A DNA stretch of 64,000 nt from Bacteroidales bacterium (GCA_045639585.1 JAZUDJ010000140.1:10522-74521), one strand, 5' to 3'; counted from the first letter of the stretch, positions 51,664 to 62,437 are shown. Made by a program: numbers and translations. The notes: generated from the sequence alone by a model not told the origin.

Positions 51664-51794
51664 GAAATAAATACCTTATTAATATAAATACGGCGCAAAT
51701 ATAATGATTTTTTGGCAATAATCTCAAGATAAGGATTAGATTTCTTCACTGTTGCGCCTAATAGTAGGACTAATGGCAGTTTGTGTTTACAAAA

Positions 51795-51822
51795 TCGCGC
51801 AGAGACTCACGCCTCTGCGCGA
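51795..51822 (-). terminator. Intrinsic terminator after the 66-aa gene
   Basis: tcgcgcagag/ctctgcgcga stem with a T tract on the - strand. Confidence 0.7.
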
Positions 51823-51849
51823 CTATGTGTACGCTGTAAAGGAGGTGTA

Positions 51850-52050
51850 TTACTTACCACCAATCTTGTCAGCAGACTTACCTCCGAAGATAAGGAGGAG
51901 CACGCCACCGACTACCATCAATGCTGCTGCGCCAAGGACTGCATGATTGGTATCAGCATCCTGAAGCATTTCGGTATAGAAAGAAACTGCAAGTAAAACT
52001 ACAGCCAACAAGATGAGGATTGAACCTCCGTACTGCTTAAGAGTTCTCAT
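51850..52050 (-). CDS. Small two-TM membrane protein (66 aa)
   Basis: Two hydrophobic helices, own terminator, host-like codons. Confidence 0.7.
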   Translation of the reverse strand: MRTLKQYGGSILILLAVVLLAVSFYTEMLQDADTNHAVLGAAALMVVGGVLLLIFGGKSADKIGGK

Positions 52051-52218
52051 AATCTATTTTGTGTTTTTAATTTGTATTTCGGTTATATTTTGGGGCAAAG
52101 TAACAAAAAAAATCAATACAATGGACAAAAAACGCCGAAAAAAGTTCGAATAATTTAAAAAAAATATATCTTTGCACCCAAATAAACACGAAAACAACGA
52201 TTTTTCTAGTCATTTGTT

Positions 52219-52962
52219 ATGCTAAAACCGCTTTTATTCGTCTACCAGTGGTTGATATTCTGTCCATGCCTTTTTGTCGTTTCTGTTCTGGCATCGATAG
52301 TCACTATAATTGGTTGCTGGCTAGGCGACGGCAAGTTTTGGGGTTACTGGCCAGGAGTCATCTGGGCAAAGATTATCTGTTGTCTGGCATTTTGTCCTGT
52401 AACCGTTGAAGGCCGCGAGAACATCGACGCCAAAACTTCATACGTATTTGTCGCCAACCATCAGGGCGCTTTCGATATTTTCCTGCTTTTTGGATATCTC
52501 GGTCACGACTTCAGATGGATGCTTCGCAAAGGTCTGCGCAACATCATCTTTGTAGGTCCTGCCTGTGAGCGTGCCGGCCATATTTTCGTTGACTCGCATG
52601 GCACAACTGGAATGATGCATACTTTCCGTCAGGCTCTCAGCACCCTCAAGAATGGCACCTCTATGATTGTCTTCCCTGAAGGGACACGAACACCAGACGG
52701 ACATCTGCACACCTTCAAGCGTGGAGCCTATACACTTGCCGCCATGCTCAAGGTTCCTGTCGTACCTTTGACATTGGACGGACCATTCCAAGTACTTCCT
52801 AAAGGTACAAGCGTGATTCATCCACATCGCATGAAGATCACCATCCACAAACCACTGGATGCGGTCACCCGAGAAGAAGGCAATGAAGCTGGCGTTGACC
52901 GTCTGCTGCACCAGTCACAGGCTATCATTGCACAGACCTTGGGAGAGAAGATTCAAGATTAA
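52219..52962 (+). CDS. plsC: 1-acyl-sn-glycerol-3-phosphate acyltransferase
   Basis: NHQGAFD, FPEGTRT, FKRGA. Confidence 0.9.
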   Translation: MLKPLLFVYQWLIFCPCLFVVSVLASIVTIIGCWLGDGKFWGYWPGVIWAKIICCLAFCPVTVEGRENIDAKTSYVFVANHQGAFDIFLLFGYLGHDFRWMLRKGLRNIIFVGPACERAGHIFVDSHGTTGMMHTFRQALSTLKNGTSMIVFPEGTRTPDGHLHTFKRGAYTLAAMLKVPVVPLTLDGPFQVLPKGTSVIHPHRMKITIHKPLDAVTREEGNEAGVDRLLHQSQAIIAQTLGEKIQD

Positions 52963-52974
52963 TACTATTATATA

Positions 52975-53382
52975 ATGAAGACAAAGACTGACAACACAGA
53001 AATGCCACCTATCATGGTACGCCTGCAGGAGTTCATTACGCACATGAACTTGTCAGTCTATCAAGTCAATCGCACCTCTGGCCTTTGTCAGGGATTACTC
53101 TCCAACGCTTTCAGCAAGAAGCAGGGATTGACCACCAGCACGCTTGAGCGATTATTGCTGGCCTACCCCATGCTCAATGCGAACTGGCTGATTACAGGAC
53201 AGGGACAGATGATTATTGAAGAGAAGAATACCGAAGAGGTCTCCCCTACTTCCCTCCAAGCTCATCTACAGAATCTCCAGACCCTGCAGGATCAATGTGT
53301 AGAGATGATCCGGCAGATACAGCAGATGAAACAAAAAGAGCAGGCGGATGCAGATACCCGCCTACTCAATAGCCTTTTATAA
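52975..53382 (+). CDS. Cro/CI-like HTH protein with coiled-coil tail
   Basis: RLQEFI..GL..GLL, LNANWLITGQGQM. Confidence 0.7.
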   Translation: MKTKTDNTEMPPIMVRLQEFITHMNLSVYQVNRTSGLCQGLLSNAFSKKQGLTTSTLERLLLAYPMLNANWLITGQGQMIIEEKNTEEVSPTSLQAHLQNLQTLQDQCVEMIRQIQQMKQKEQADADTRLLNSLL

Positions 53383-53389
53383 TCAACGA

Positions 53390-55030
53390 TTATCGGATGA
53401 TGACCTTTTGTTTGTCAATCACATAGAATCCCGCTGGCAACGACTGTTTGCTGGCGTTTTTTATTGGAGCGCCCATCAAGCTGTGCACCGCAGGAGCAAC
53501 GATGTCTTGTCCGATATTGGCAATTGCGCTCGCCACATTGCCTACTATAATCTTTGGCCAAGGTTTATTAGGTATGCACTCAATCTTCTGGCCATCTTTC
53601 TTCTTTAGAGAAAACCTGACAGAATAGATACCATCCGACAACGCTTTGGTATGAAAGCCAGAAAGCGAACCGACTAATCCTTGATCAGAGGGGATACTGA
53701 CTCCTTCGGCAGTCTCTTCACTGCAAACAGTTCCACTTTCATCGACAAATTCGAATTGTATAGAACCGGAGAATTCATTTGTAAGCATACAATAGACATT
53801 CTTTAGATCCATATCGAACAAGATCTCTTCTCCAGAATTGAAGTTTGTCTTGCTCAAAGAAAGCTCATCGACCTGAGCATAAAGCGGATTCGGTTTACCA
53901 TCATCAGGCTGGCAATTGAGCAGAATCAACTGTGTATTATTATAGGAGGACATACCAGCACCAATACCCGAACCAGAAGGAGTCAGATTAGTCACGAGAT
54001 AATTTCCATCTCCGACACCGCTCCAGCCCCAGTTGACGTGATAATAGATATTTCCATCACGGAGCTCATATCCATCAAGCACGAAAGCATGGCCTGCGCC
54101 TTTGGCATCTGCACCACTGAACATCACGGGACGAGACTGATTGATCTCTTTTACGATAATATCGCTCCAGGTATCAGCAGGCATAACATCGCCGAACAGC
54201 AAGCACATATCCTTATCATAGTCGAAATACTGAGAAAGACCTTGAGCTGCATAGATGAGCGAAGACCCGCTTTCGGCGTATGAATAATCCATACGACAAG
54301 CAGCACCAACCGTATACATGAGTTTTGCAACTGCATTGGCCTGTGCATTGGAGAACTGATTAGGAATATATTCATCGAGCATAAGATCCCAGGCTAAGGC
54401 GTTCTCTGAAAGGTCAACGGATACACTGATCTTTCTGGAATCAGTCACGTAATTGATCTTACCAGTACCTTTCTTTTCTGGCCACTTGTAGTATTTCATC
54501 ACCTGCGCTGCAGCAGTTGCCACACACCCTACCATGGAACGCGTCTGACCATCTCGGGGACACATACGGTTGTATGGATCATCTTGATTCCACTTTGTGC
54601 TAAGCATAGGATCAACGGAGGTCTGAGCGGACAAAGGAGAAAGTGCAGAGAAGCCTTCGGACATTCCAGCATAAGTCTGCATCATGCTGACCAATCCCGC
54701 AGGCAGGTCCATTCCAGGATGATATGCAGACGACGAATAACCTATAACCTCTGGCAGATTTTCTTGAGTCGAAACGATTACAAATCCATCGGATGGAAGA
54801 TTGCAAAGATAGAAAGACTCCTGTCCCAGCTCTTCATCGATAAAGGCGGAAGAGGGGAAATACTCGATCTGAGAATCTCCTCTCGTGACAGCGGAAGACT
54901 TCTGACCAAAGTATTTTTGCGCAATCTGCTGGACATCCTCGATACTACGCGTCTGAGCAGTAATCAAGGTAGGGACAAATGCCAGAGAAGATAAAAAAAC
55001 ACAGGCAATATGTGAGTTCTGAAACTTCAT
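53390..55030 (-). CDS. C10 family cysteine peptidase (SpeB/interpain-like) with prodomain and T9SS-like CTD
   Basis: GFVIVS prodomain, WNQDDPYN, GCVATAAAQ, GHAFVLDGY, NWGWSG. Confidence 0.92.
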   Translation of the reverse strand: MKFQNSHIACVFLSSLAFVPTLITAQTRSIEDVQQIAQKYFGQKSSAVTRGDSQIEYFPSSAFIDEELGQESFYLCNLPSDGFVIVSTQENLPEVIGYSSSAYHPGMDLPAGLVSMMQTYAGMSEGFSALSPLSAQTSVDPMLSTKWNQDDPYNRMCPRDGQTRSMVGCVATAAAQVMKYYKWPEKKGTGKINYVTDSRKISVSVDLSENALAWDLMLDEYIPNQFSNAQANAVAKLMYTVGAACRMDYSYAESGSSLIYAAQGLSQYFDYDKDMCLLFGDVMPADTWSDIIVKEINQSRPVMFSGADAKGAGHAFVLDGYELRDGNIYYHVNWGWSGVGDGNYLVTNLTPSGSGIGAGMSSYNNTQLILLNCQPDDGKPNPLYAQVDELSLSKTNFNSGEEILFDMDLKNVYCMLTNEFSGSIQFEFVDESGTVCSEETAEGVSIPSDQGLVGSLSGFHTKALSDGIYSVRFSLKKKDGQKIECIPNKPWPKIIVGNVASAIANIGQDIVAPAVHSLMGAPIKNASKQSLPAGFYVIDKQKVIIR

Positions 55031-55041
55031 ATCTAGACAGA

Positions 55042-57159
55042 TTACAGTTGGAATTTTGAATAAAAATCTCTCTCCGTAATGATTTCGACCCCGAGCTGAC
55101 GAGCCTTATCAAGCTTATTCTGGCCAGGAGCATCTCCAATCACCACATAATTGACCTTACCTGAAACACTGCCGACATACTTGGCGCCATGCCCCGTGAA
55201 GAACGCTTTGATTTCATCGCGCTTGAAACGATAGCTCGTACCTGTAAAGATAATGGTAAGACCTTCCAATGCATTGCCCAGTTTCTCGGCCTGTTGATAC
55301 TCCTGCTGGAAACCATAATCAGTGCCAATGCAACTGTAATCAGAGAGATCTGCATCCAGAATGTTTCGAGCCATGATCTCGCCAATACCATCAATCAGCA
55401 CCAAGTCTTCTAGCGTAGCGTGCTGGAACTTCTCCCAACTACCGAAATGTTCTGCCAAGAGTTTGCCGGTAATCTTACCGACTCCGTCAATACCTAATCC
55501 TCCGATAATTCTGTCAAGTGTCAGAGTTTGGATACTTTTTGCAACACCATCGAGCATCAATGCAATACTCTTCTCTGCATAACCCTCTCCTAAGATCTGT
55601 TGCAGATAAGCATTATAATCAGGATTGAAGATATCTGGTTCAAAAGCCTTCGCCTCACGGACAAAGACGCGATAGAGGTCATCGACTGTGGCAATATCCA
55701 GCTTATCATATAGATCTGCCAGTACATTAGGTCCTAACCCCTTGATATTAGCGCAATCTTTACCACACCAGTACTCCAGTCGTTGAATAGCTTGCTCGCG
55801 ACAATGATGGTTCGGGCAAATCCAGAACTCTCCTTTCTTCTCCAGCTTTGTTCCACAGCATGGACACACTTCCGGGAAAAGTATTTCCTTAAGCACAGGA
55901 GACTCAGCCTTCATTCGCTCTGCATCAAGGCCGGTAACTTGAGGAATCACCTCTCCTGCCTTTTGAACAAAGACATAAGCTCCGATACGCAAATCAAGCT
56001 GGCGGATATAACTCTCATTATTGAGCGTTGCTCGAGAAACCACCGAACCGCTGATTGTCGTCGGATCAAGTTCTGCCACAGGAGTAATATGGCCTGTCAT
56101 TCCCACCTGGAAGGTAACATCACGAATGGCTGTAGAGAGCGCTTCCTGTGGGAATTTTCGCGCCTTGCACCAGTTCGGGAACGTAGTATTGAGGCCTAAG
56201 AACTCCTGATGATGACGCTGATTGACCTTGATCACAACACCATCACAATCATACGGCAACTGGCGAGAGGTACGCACCTCATTGAAAGCGTTGATAGCGT
56301 TTGTCAACTCCACAAGGTTACTGAAAGCCTGCTGACCTGGCGTATGATAATAGTCAAATCCCAGACGTCCAAGCAATTCCAGAGTCTCTGCTTGACTACT
56401 AAGTATCTGACTCTGATACAAGACATCTGTACTATAGGCTGCATAGGCGTTGACCACCAAGCCTCGCTTGGCTGTCACTTTCGGATCCAGCTGCTTCAAC
56501 GAACCTGAAGCAGCATTACGCTTATTGGCAAATAATCGCTCTCCTGCAGCTTCCTTTTCAGCATTAAGTCTGTCGAAAGCTCCTTGCGGCATCAGCACCT
56601 CGCCTCGAACCTCAAAATAATCCGGCACGGCTCGAGGATCAAGCTGCAGTGGCACATTGCGGATCGTCCGGACATTGGCGATCACGGATTCTCCTTCGAT
56701 CTGATTGCCTCGGGTCACAGCATCTGAAAGCTTACCTCGGATATAAACAAGCGAGATTGAGAGACCGTCATATTTTGGTTCATAGGTATACGACACTTCC
56801 TCCCCAGGGAAGGCTGCCGCCAACTGCTTGTTAGTCGATTGTAACCATTCCTGCAACTCATCATCATTATATACATTCTCGATACTCTGCATCGGAATCA
56901 CATGCTGGTGTTTCTCGAAGCCACCCTGAATATCTGAACCTACACGCTGCGTCGGAGAGTCCGGAAGCACCTTTCCGCTGGCAGCTTCGAGCGACTGCAG
57001 CTGTTTGAATTCCATATCGAACTCAAAGTCGGACATCGGAGGATCATTCTCAATATAATATTTATAGGACGCCCATGCCAGCGCCTCAGTCAAACTCTGC
57101 TGATCGTTGATATTACGACGCTGGAACTCTTCGATTGTATATTCGGAAATCTTTTTCAT
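55042..57159 (-). CDS. ligA: NAD-dependent DNA ligase
   Basis: SPTQRVG, EPKYDG, EVRGEV, DGVVIK, Zn finger, HhH, BRCT. Confidence 0.96.
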   Translation of the reverse strand: MKKISEYTIEEFQRRNINDQQSLTEALAWASYKYYIENDPPMSDFEFDMEFKQLQSLEAASGKVLPDSPTQRVGSDIQGGFEKHQHVIPMQSIENVYNDDELQEWLQSTNKQLAAAFPGEEVSYTYEPKYDGLSISLVYIRGKLSDAVTRGNQIEGESVIANVRTIRNVPLQLDPRAVPDYFEVRGEVLMPQGAFDRLNAEKEAAGERLFANKRNAASGSLKQLDPKVTAKRGLVVNAYAAYSTDVLYQSQILSSQAETLELLGRLGFDYYHTPGQQAFSNLVELTNAINAFNEVRTSRQLPYDCDGVVIKVNQRHHQEFLGLNTTFPNWCKARKFPQEALSTAIRDVTFQVGMTGHITPVAELDPTTISGSVVSRATLNNESYIRQLDLRIGAYVFVQKAGEVIPQVTGLDAERMKAESPVLKEILFPEVCPCCGTKLEKKGEFWICPNHHCREQAIQRLEYWCGKDCANIKGLGPNVLADLYDKLDIATVDDLYRVFVREAKAFEPDIFNPDYNAYLQQILGEGYAEKSIALMLDGVAKSIQTLTLDRIIGGLGIDGVGKITGKLLAEHFGSWEKFQHATLEDLVLIDGIGEIMARNILDADLSDYSCIGTDYGFQQEYQQAEKLGNALEGLTIIFTGTSYRFKRDEIKAFFTGHGAKYVGSVSGKVNYVVIGDAPGQNKLDKARQLGVEIITERDFYSKFQL

Positions 57160-57306
57160 GAAGGTTCAAATGTGATTTTACGGGGCGAAGATAATGATTT
57201 TTACCGAATCTTCCACTAAGGAACTCAAAAAATTAAGGATATTTTTTGCTTCTTATTGGAAAATAACGTATCTTTGCAGCGAATTTATAATAAAAAAACC
57301 TATATC

Positions 57307-57711
57307 ATGATTATCAAGCAAGTCAGCGTACTGATTGAAAACCGCATTGGCAGCAGTTGGCAGGTATTCCAGGCCATGGCTGACAATAATATCAATATTC
57401 TGTCATACAGTATCGAAGATGCACCTGAAAACGGCACATTAAGACTGATTGTTGACAATTCGACCAAAGCAGATCATGTCTTGAAGGAAATGGGATTCAA
57501 GACACAACTGACCAAGGTCTATTCGATGAACGTTCCTAACAAGACGGGATCTATGAGCAAAGTTCTTAAGTTCCTTGTCGATAAGAATGTCTCGATAAAT
57601 TTTATGTACGCCTTCCAATACATGGGCATCTCTCAGACCGTGATTCATTCCAAAGACATGGCTTTGCTGGAAGAAGCACTTCTGCAGTATGAGCAGGAGC
57701 AGTTTGCTTGA
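57307..57711 (+). CDS. ACT-domain protein
   Basis: KQVSVLIENR.G..NINI, two ACT repeats; TATCTTTG upstream. Confidence 0.85.
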   Translation: MIIKQVSVLIENRIGSSWQVFQAMADNNINILSYSIEDAPENGTLRLIVDNSTKADHVLKEMGFKTQLTKVYSMNVPNKTGSMSKVLKFLVDKNVSINFMYAFQYMGISQTVIHSKDMALLEEALLQYEQEQFA

Positions 57712-57839
57712 TCATCAATTTCAGATTAGCATCATCACATTACCGTATTTTCTCAATTTCCTATATTTATTAACCACATTCAGGATGTATCGTCCATGCT
57801 ACCTAGGATTACATCTTGGAAGATTTATTCACGTAAGCT

Positions 57840-58151
57840 ATGAATAGAATTTACAGTGAGCAAATAGAACGCGCTCTTGCCTTAGCAGAAGGCCTTAAGA
57901 AAAATTCTGCTGCACTTCAGGCCAAAGGCTTTGATCTCTCTCTGATTGAGAAGCTTGAACAGGATTGTGAACAGATGGCTCGTGAAGGCGAAGCTATCGC
58001 TGCTGAAGAGGAAGCTCTTGCCCAGCATCGCGCCGCCTGCCATGTAATCCTCAGCCGACTGAAGACCAACTTCTTCAGTGGCAAAGGCTACATTAAACAA
58101 AACTATCTACAGGATCAGTGGGCCGACTATGGTGTCCCTGATAAGCGATAA
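57840..58151 (+). CDS. Hypothetical coiled-coil protein (103 aa)
   Basis: Helical, ends WADYGVPDKR. Confidence 0.7.
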   Translation: MNRIYSEQIERALALAEGLKKNSAALQAKGFDLSLIEKLEQDCEQMAREGEAIAAEEEALAQHRAACHVILSRLKTNFFSGKGYIKQNYLQDQWADYGVPDKR

Positions 58152-58159
58152 ACAAAATT

Positions 58160-59821
58160 ATGTCTGACAAAAAATCCTGGAAGCCACGCTTCCATGCTCT
58201 ACATACACCTGACGGCGCTGTATGTCTTTTGATAGTCATTGTCATCTTTGGCTATATGGGATCAAAGATGGGTGCGACCAACATGATCAACACCATGATG
58301 GCCACCTCGTATGACCTCTTGATGAAGACTGTATTCTACCTGATGTCAGTGTGTGTACTCACTGGCGCGATTTCCAAGATTTTTATTGAGTTCGGCGTAG
58401 TCAAGCTGCTTGAGAAATGTCTTCGCCCACTGATGCGACCTCTTTACAACCTGCCTGGTGTCGCATCTCTGGGTGCTGTACTTACTTTTCTCAGTGACAA
58501 TCCTGCCATCATGTCGCTGGCTCGCGACAAGCGATTTGCCAGCTATTTCCGCAAATATCAGTTTATCTCTTTCTGCAATTTTGGCACAGCCTTTGGCATG
58601 GGCCTGATTGTTGTTGTCTTCATGATTTCAAAAGGATGGTACTGGCAACCTTTTGTCGGCATCATAGGTGCTGCGTGTGGTGGCATTGTGGCAACACGTC
58701 TCATGCAGCGCTTTATCCTGCAGACTTATCCTCAATATAAAGAGGAGTGGGCTGAGATGACTGTCAATGAAACGTCAGAAGAAAGTTCTGCTGATACAGA
58801 AAAAGCATCTACTACAGAAGCAAAGCCATCCATGTTCCTCCGCATACTCAATTCTTGTCTGGATGGAGGTCGTGATGGTGTAAATATCGGCTTAGCCATC
58901 ATTCCTGGAGTCCTGATCATCACGACGTTCGTAATCATGATTACCAATGGTGCGGATCTGGAGTCTGGGCTTTATACAGGAGGTCCTCGTGAGGGTGTCG
59001 GCCTTCTCCCCTATCTGGCTTCAAAGATCGACTTTGTTTTCGAATGGCTTTTCGGCTTTCAGGATTCCCGCTTCGTTGCCTTCCCTATCACAGCTCTTGG
59101 TGCTGTAGGTGCGGCGCTTTCATTGGTCGACCAGTTCAAGGAATCGATTGACGGCAACGCCATTGCTGTCTTCACGGCTATGGGCATGTGCTGGTCAGGT
59201 TTCCTGAGTACACATACTGCCATGCTTGATACCATTGGATACCGCGACTTGACCGCCAAGGACATCTTGGCTCAGATCTGCGGAGGAATCACCGCTGGTA
59301 TCGTGGCACACTGGCTGTACGTCTGCTGCACTTTGACTGGCAGTTTCTTCGCTCCTGCCCCTTTGTGGCAGACGCCAAGCAGCACCACTTTCGCCACCAC
59401 GACACAACTCTGCTTCGAAGTAGACATTACTGCTATGGATGACGGCTCATACGTTGTAAAAGACTGGTATGGAGTCCCAGGAGCAAATCTCTCTTTCACT
59501 GTCAATAAGAATGATAGCACAATCAATGTCACCAACTCATATGACAAGATCAAAGAGAGTTATTACCTCGTCCGCATCAACAATTACGCCGAGTCAGGAG
59601 ACATCGCCTATGCAGTTCTGTACACCTCTGATGATTACTCTGAGTTTAATGGCAATGCTCAACGTGGCTATTTCTACACATACACCTTCCTGTATGATAG
59701 AAATAATAATTTGATAGATGAAGGTTTCTATGAAGTAGACTGGGGAGGCCATGAGAAAAAAGCGCCAGAGATCTCCCTGGATGAAAAGTCTGATACGAAT
59801 TCTGAGAAAGATATGCCATAA
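58160..59821 (+). CDS. Multi-pass membrane protein (nucleoside-recognition/Gate, CD0519/CD1768-like) with C-terminal soluble domain
   Basis: LRPLMRPLYNLPG, SDNPA, NFGTAFGMG, CWSGFLSTH; ~150-aa beta-rich tail. Confidence 0.75.
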   Translation: MSDKKSWKPRFHALHTPDGAVCLLIVIVIFGYMGSKMGATNMINTMMATSYDLLMKTVFYLMSVCVLTGAISKIFIEFGVVKLLEKCLRPLMRPLYNLPGVASLGAVLTFLSDNPAIMSLARDKRFASYFRKYQFISFCNFGTAFGMGLIVVVFMISKGWYWQPFVGIIGAACGGIVATRLMQRFILQTYPQYKEEWAEMTVNETSEESSADTEKASTTEAKPSMFLRILNSCLDGGRDGVNIGLAIIPGVLIITTFVIMITNGADLESGLYTGGPREGVGLLPYLASKIDFVFEWLFGFQDSRFVAFPITALGAVGAALSLVDQFKESIDGNAIAVFTAMGMCWSGFLSTHTAMLDTIGYRDLTAKDILAQICGGITAGIVAHWLYVCCTLTGSFFAPAPLWQTPSSTTFATTTQLCFEVDITAMDDGSYVVKDWYGVPGANLSFTVNKNDSTINVTNSYDKIKESYYLVRINNYAESGDIAYAVLYTSDDYSEFNGNAQRGYFYTYTFLYDRNNNLIDEGFYEVDWGGHEKKAPEISLDEKSDTNSEKDMP

Positions 59822-59867
59822 ACACTTCATCCCTTCCACGGCACAATGGAAGGGATGAAGTGTTTAT
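59818..59867. terminator. Bidirectional terminator (21-bp stem)
   Basis: ataaacacttcatcccttcca...tggaagggatgaagtgtttat between convergent genes. Confidence 0.85.
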
Positions 59868-59894
59868 AATATCTACGTTAATTACTAATTGACG

Positions 59895-61559
59895 TTACAT
59901 CTCAATATTGCAAGCACAGAGATCTCGCTCGCCATCGGCATCAAGAGCTGCATTCCAAGCTGTAGTTACCTTAGCACCATTGGCAATGATATTCTCAATC
60001 TCAGCAGGGGTACAGTCAGAAGGTTTCTTGCCATAGAAAGACTCAAACTGCAGAGCAGTCCAGTTCCACTCGAAATCTGCGAGATATCCCTGCATCTGTG
60101 GCAAGGTGATTCCCTCATGAAGCAATGCCAGCGTCTCCGACTGAGGGACAATCATTCCTCCATAATCACACCAGCGGCCAACTGCAACACTGTCCGAAGC
60201 AAGAGGCAATTGCTGAGAAATACGCTTCTGGAGCTGCTCAGACAAATACATCTCAATGGCTTGCTGATAAGCATCCAATCCATGCTGAACCTGCTCAGCA
60301 CCAATCAGGCAACCTACATATTCGTAGTAAAGTGTACCCTGTCGCTGACCAGCCACCTCATGTGGAGTCTGCTCATCGACCAGCTTCATCAGGATGGCAA
60401 CTGCCTCATTGATATAGCCTACTGTATATGGATTGAGCATCGTGAAGTTGAGCAAATCGCGACGCGTAGCCTCACCAGCGGTTCTGTGATCACGCTTTGG
60501 CCACTTCACAACATCACGACGCGTACCCACAGATTTCAATGCATGACCAGGAACGATGATGGTTCGGCCTCCTACTCCCTCTACAAGCAGTGAGAATGGG
60601 AACATACGCAAGTCGGCATGCGAGGTGTGATGACCGATAACGGTACTGAACGCTCCCACCTGCATTGGCCAATAGACATAGCTGCTACTACCCAACTTTG
60701 CGCCACGCAAAAGCTGGCCATACTTGTTTGGCCCCATCTTGTAGCTATGGTTACTCTGATTGCTGCCGGAACCTGCATTGAAGAAACTGATCTGACAAGC
60801 GATGAGCAACGTAGCCTTGTGATGGCTGACGCTGTAAGGACCAGCAAAGAGTGCACAAGCCTCACCATTCTCAAAGTGACAATTAGCGAAGAAAAGGCTC
60901 TGCGTCGCACTGAACATTCGACCTATGTGGCAACCCTGACCTACGAAGCAATAGTCCAACTGTGCAGCATCACCGATATGACTATCGCTGCAGACAATGA
61001 CATGCTCCAAGATCACATTATCACCAATATAAGAAGGTGCCTCTGGCAAACTGTTGACCGAAACTTCGACAAGGCGAGTAGCTCCTTCAACAGTGGTGCA
61101 TGGCCCCAAGTGTACATTCTTAAGAAGACGGACATTCGATACCTTGACGCCGTCCTCAATAACGACGCCTTCCATCTTCAGTTCATCAGCATAAGCACGA
61201 GCCTGAGTATGAAGCAGATCCTTGACTGATGGCTCCTGTACCTCGAGTGTTGCCTCCATTGAGGTAAGTCCATCGTACATGATGACCTCCAGGCCACCAT
61301 CTTCCTTCAAGACTCCAATCTCATCGCCATTGGCAAAAGAAGTCTCTCCCTGGCCACAGATATTACTTACCTGCTGCAAGGTGACATTGCTACCAATATA
61401 TACCTTGCCGCTGAAATTCACACAACGGATCGTATCCGCACAAAAGCCTGCAGAAACGCAGATACTCCCCCAATCGGCCGCTGTACAACCCTGAGACTGC
61501 AACTGAGCAATCTCCTGATCAGACAAAGCTCGATAGGAGGAGAGATCAAATGTCTTCAT
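59895..61559 (-). CDS. DUF4954 family protein
   Basis: YRALS..EI..L..QGC.A.DW, beta-helix repeats, FAGPYSVSHHK, NAGSGSNQSNHSYK. Confidence 0.85.
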   Translation of the reverse strand: MKTFDLSSYRALSDQEIAQLQSQGCTAADWGSICVSAGFCADTIRCVNFSGKVYIGSNVTLQQVSNICGQGETSFANGDEIGVLKEDGGLEVIMYDGLTSMEATLEVQEPSVKDLLHTQARAYADELKMEGVVIEDGVKVSNVRLLKNVHLGPCTTVEGATRLVEVSVNSLPEAPSYIGDNVILEHVIVCSDSHIGDAAQLDYCFVGQGCHIGRMFSATQSLFFANCHFENGEACALFAGPYSVSHHKATLLIACQISFFNAGSGSNQSNHSYKMGPNKYGQLLRGAKLGSSSYVYWPMQVGAFSTVIGHHTSHADLRMFPFSLLVEGVGGRTIIVPGHALKSVGTRRDVVKWPKRDHRTAGEATRRDLLNFTMLNPYTVGYINEAVAILMKLVDEQTPHEVAGQRQGTLYYEYVGCLIGAEQVQHGLDAYQQAIEMYLSEQLQKRISQQLPLASDSVAVGRWCDYGGMIVPQSETLALLHEGITLPQMQGYLADFEWNWTALQFESFYGKKPSDCTPAEIENIIANGAKVTTAWNAALDADGERDLCACNIEM

Positions 61560-61571
61560 ATAGTAAAGATG

Positions 61572-62072
61572 TTAACGAAGTCGTTCAAGTGACTTGAGCA
61601 ACGCTATATCATAGATAACGCCTCTCATCGCCATGATCAGGCAGAAGATGCTCAAAGCCGGCATGGCCAGCATCATGATGTTGGTTGAAGCATCGACTGA
61701 AAAAGTCCCGGATCCTACGGCATTCTGAACAAGCGAAACAATGTAGTCGCTATATTTATTGAAGTCGTAGAAGAACAGCACATAATAAAGCGCATTGAGA
61801 ATGGCAGTATATATGAGCATGCGGAGCTGCAACTTGCGATTCTTATAAAGGAAGATGGTTACCAGTGGCAAAATAAACATCAACAGAAGAACAATGAAGA
61901 TATCCCATGCCATCTGATCAATCTCAAAGCCAGGAGTCTTACAGAGCAAACCCATGGAATTGAGTTCGTAAGTAGCCTCCGAAGTAGCAAAAGATGCCAG
62001 CCAGAAGAAATGCATCGTTAGGATTGCAATCACACTGGCCAGCATATAAATGGTTTGGACACGTTGTAACAT
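61572..62072 (-). CDS. DUF4293 family membrane protein
   Basis: MLQRVQTIYML, IFLYKNRKLQ, D..LLKS.ERLR. Confidence 0.85.
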   Translation of the reverse strand: MLQRVQTIYMLASVIAILTMHFFWLASFATSEATYELNSMGLLCKTPGFEIDQMAWDIFIVLLLMFILPLVTIFLYKNRKLQLRMLIYTAILNALYYVLFFYDFNKYSDYIVSLVQNAVGSGTFSVDASTNIMMLAMPALSIFCLIMAMRGVIYDIALLKSLERLR

Positions 62073-62089
62073 GTAGCAGAGTCTTTTTC

Positions 62090-62437
62090 TTAGAAACGAA
62101 CCTGAGAGTTCTGCTCGTCCTTGTTCTGATTCAAACGCCAATAAACGTTACCCTCCTGGTACTCCTGAGTAGCGATGAGGGTTGGCTTTGGCAACTTCTC
62201 ATAGTAACGGCTGATCTCAATCTGCTCGCGGTTCTCGAAAACCTCATCGAGGTTATCTGTAGTAGTTGCGAACTCCTGGAGTTTCTTATCCAGGTCATGC
62301 TTCATCTCACCACCGATCTGGTTTGCACGACGTGCGATGATCTCTACAGTCTCGTAGATGTTGCCTGTGTCCTCACAAAGAGCAACAATATCACGCGTTA
62401 CAGTATTCTGTGGCGCTGTTGATTTCTTGTAATCCAT
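62090..62437 (-). CDS. rpoZ: RNA polymerase omega subunit (Bacteroidetes type)
   Basis: TGNIYE..IIARRANQI, EVFENREQIEISRYYEKLPKP; bamD-rpoZ-DUF4293 gene order. Confidence 0.88.
   Translation of the reverse strand: MDYKKSTAPQNTVTRDIVALCEDTGNIYETVEIIARRANQIGGEMKHDLDKKLQEFATTTDNLDEVFENREQIEISRYYEKLPKPTLIATQEYQEGNVYWRLNQNKDEQNSQVRF

Noticed and set aside
52975-53382. Prophage marked by a CI-like HTH
   Set aside because: It is a single gene with no phage structural, replication or integrase neighbours.
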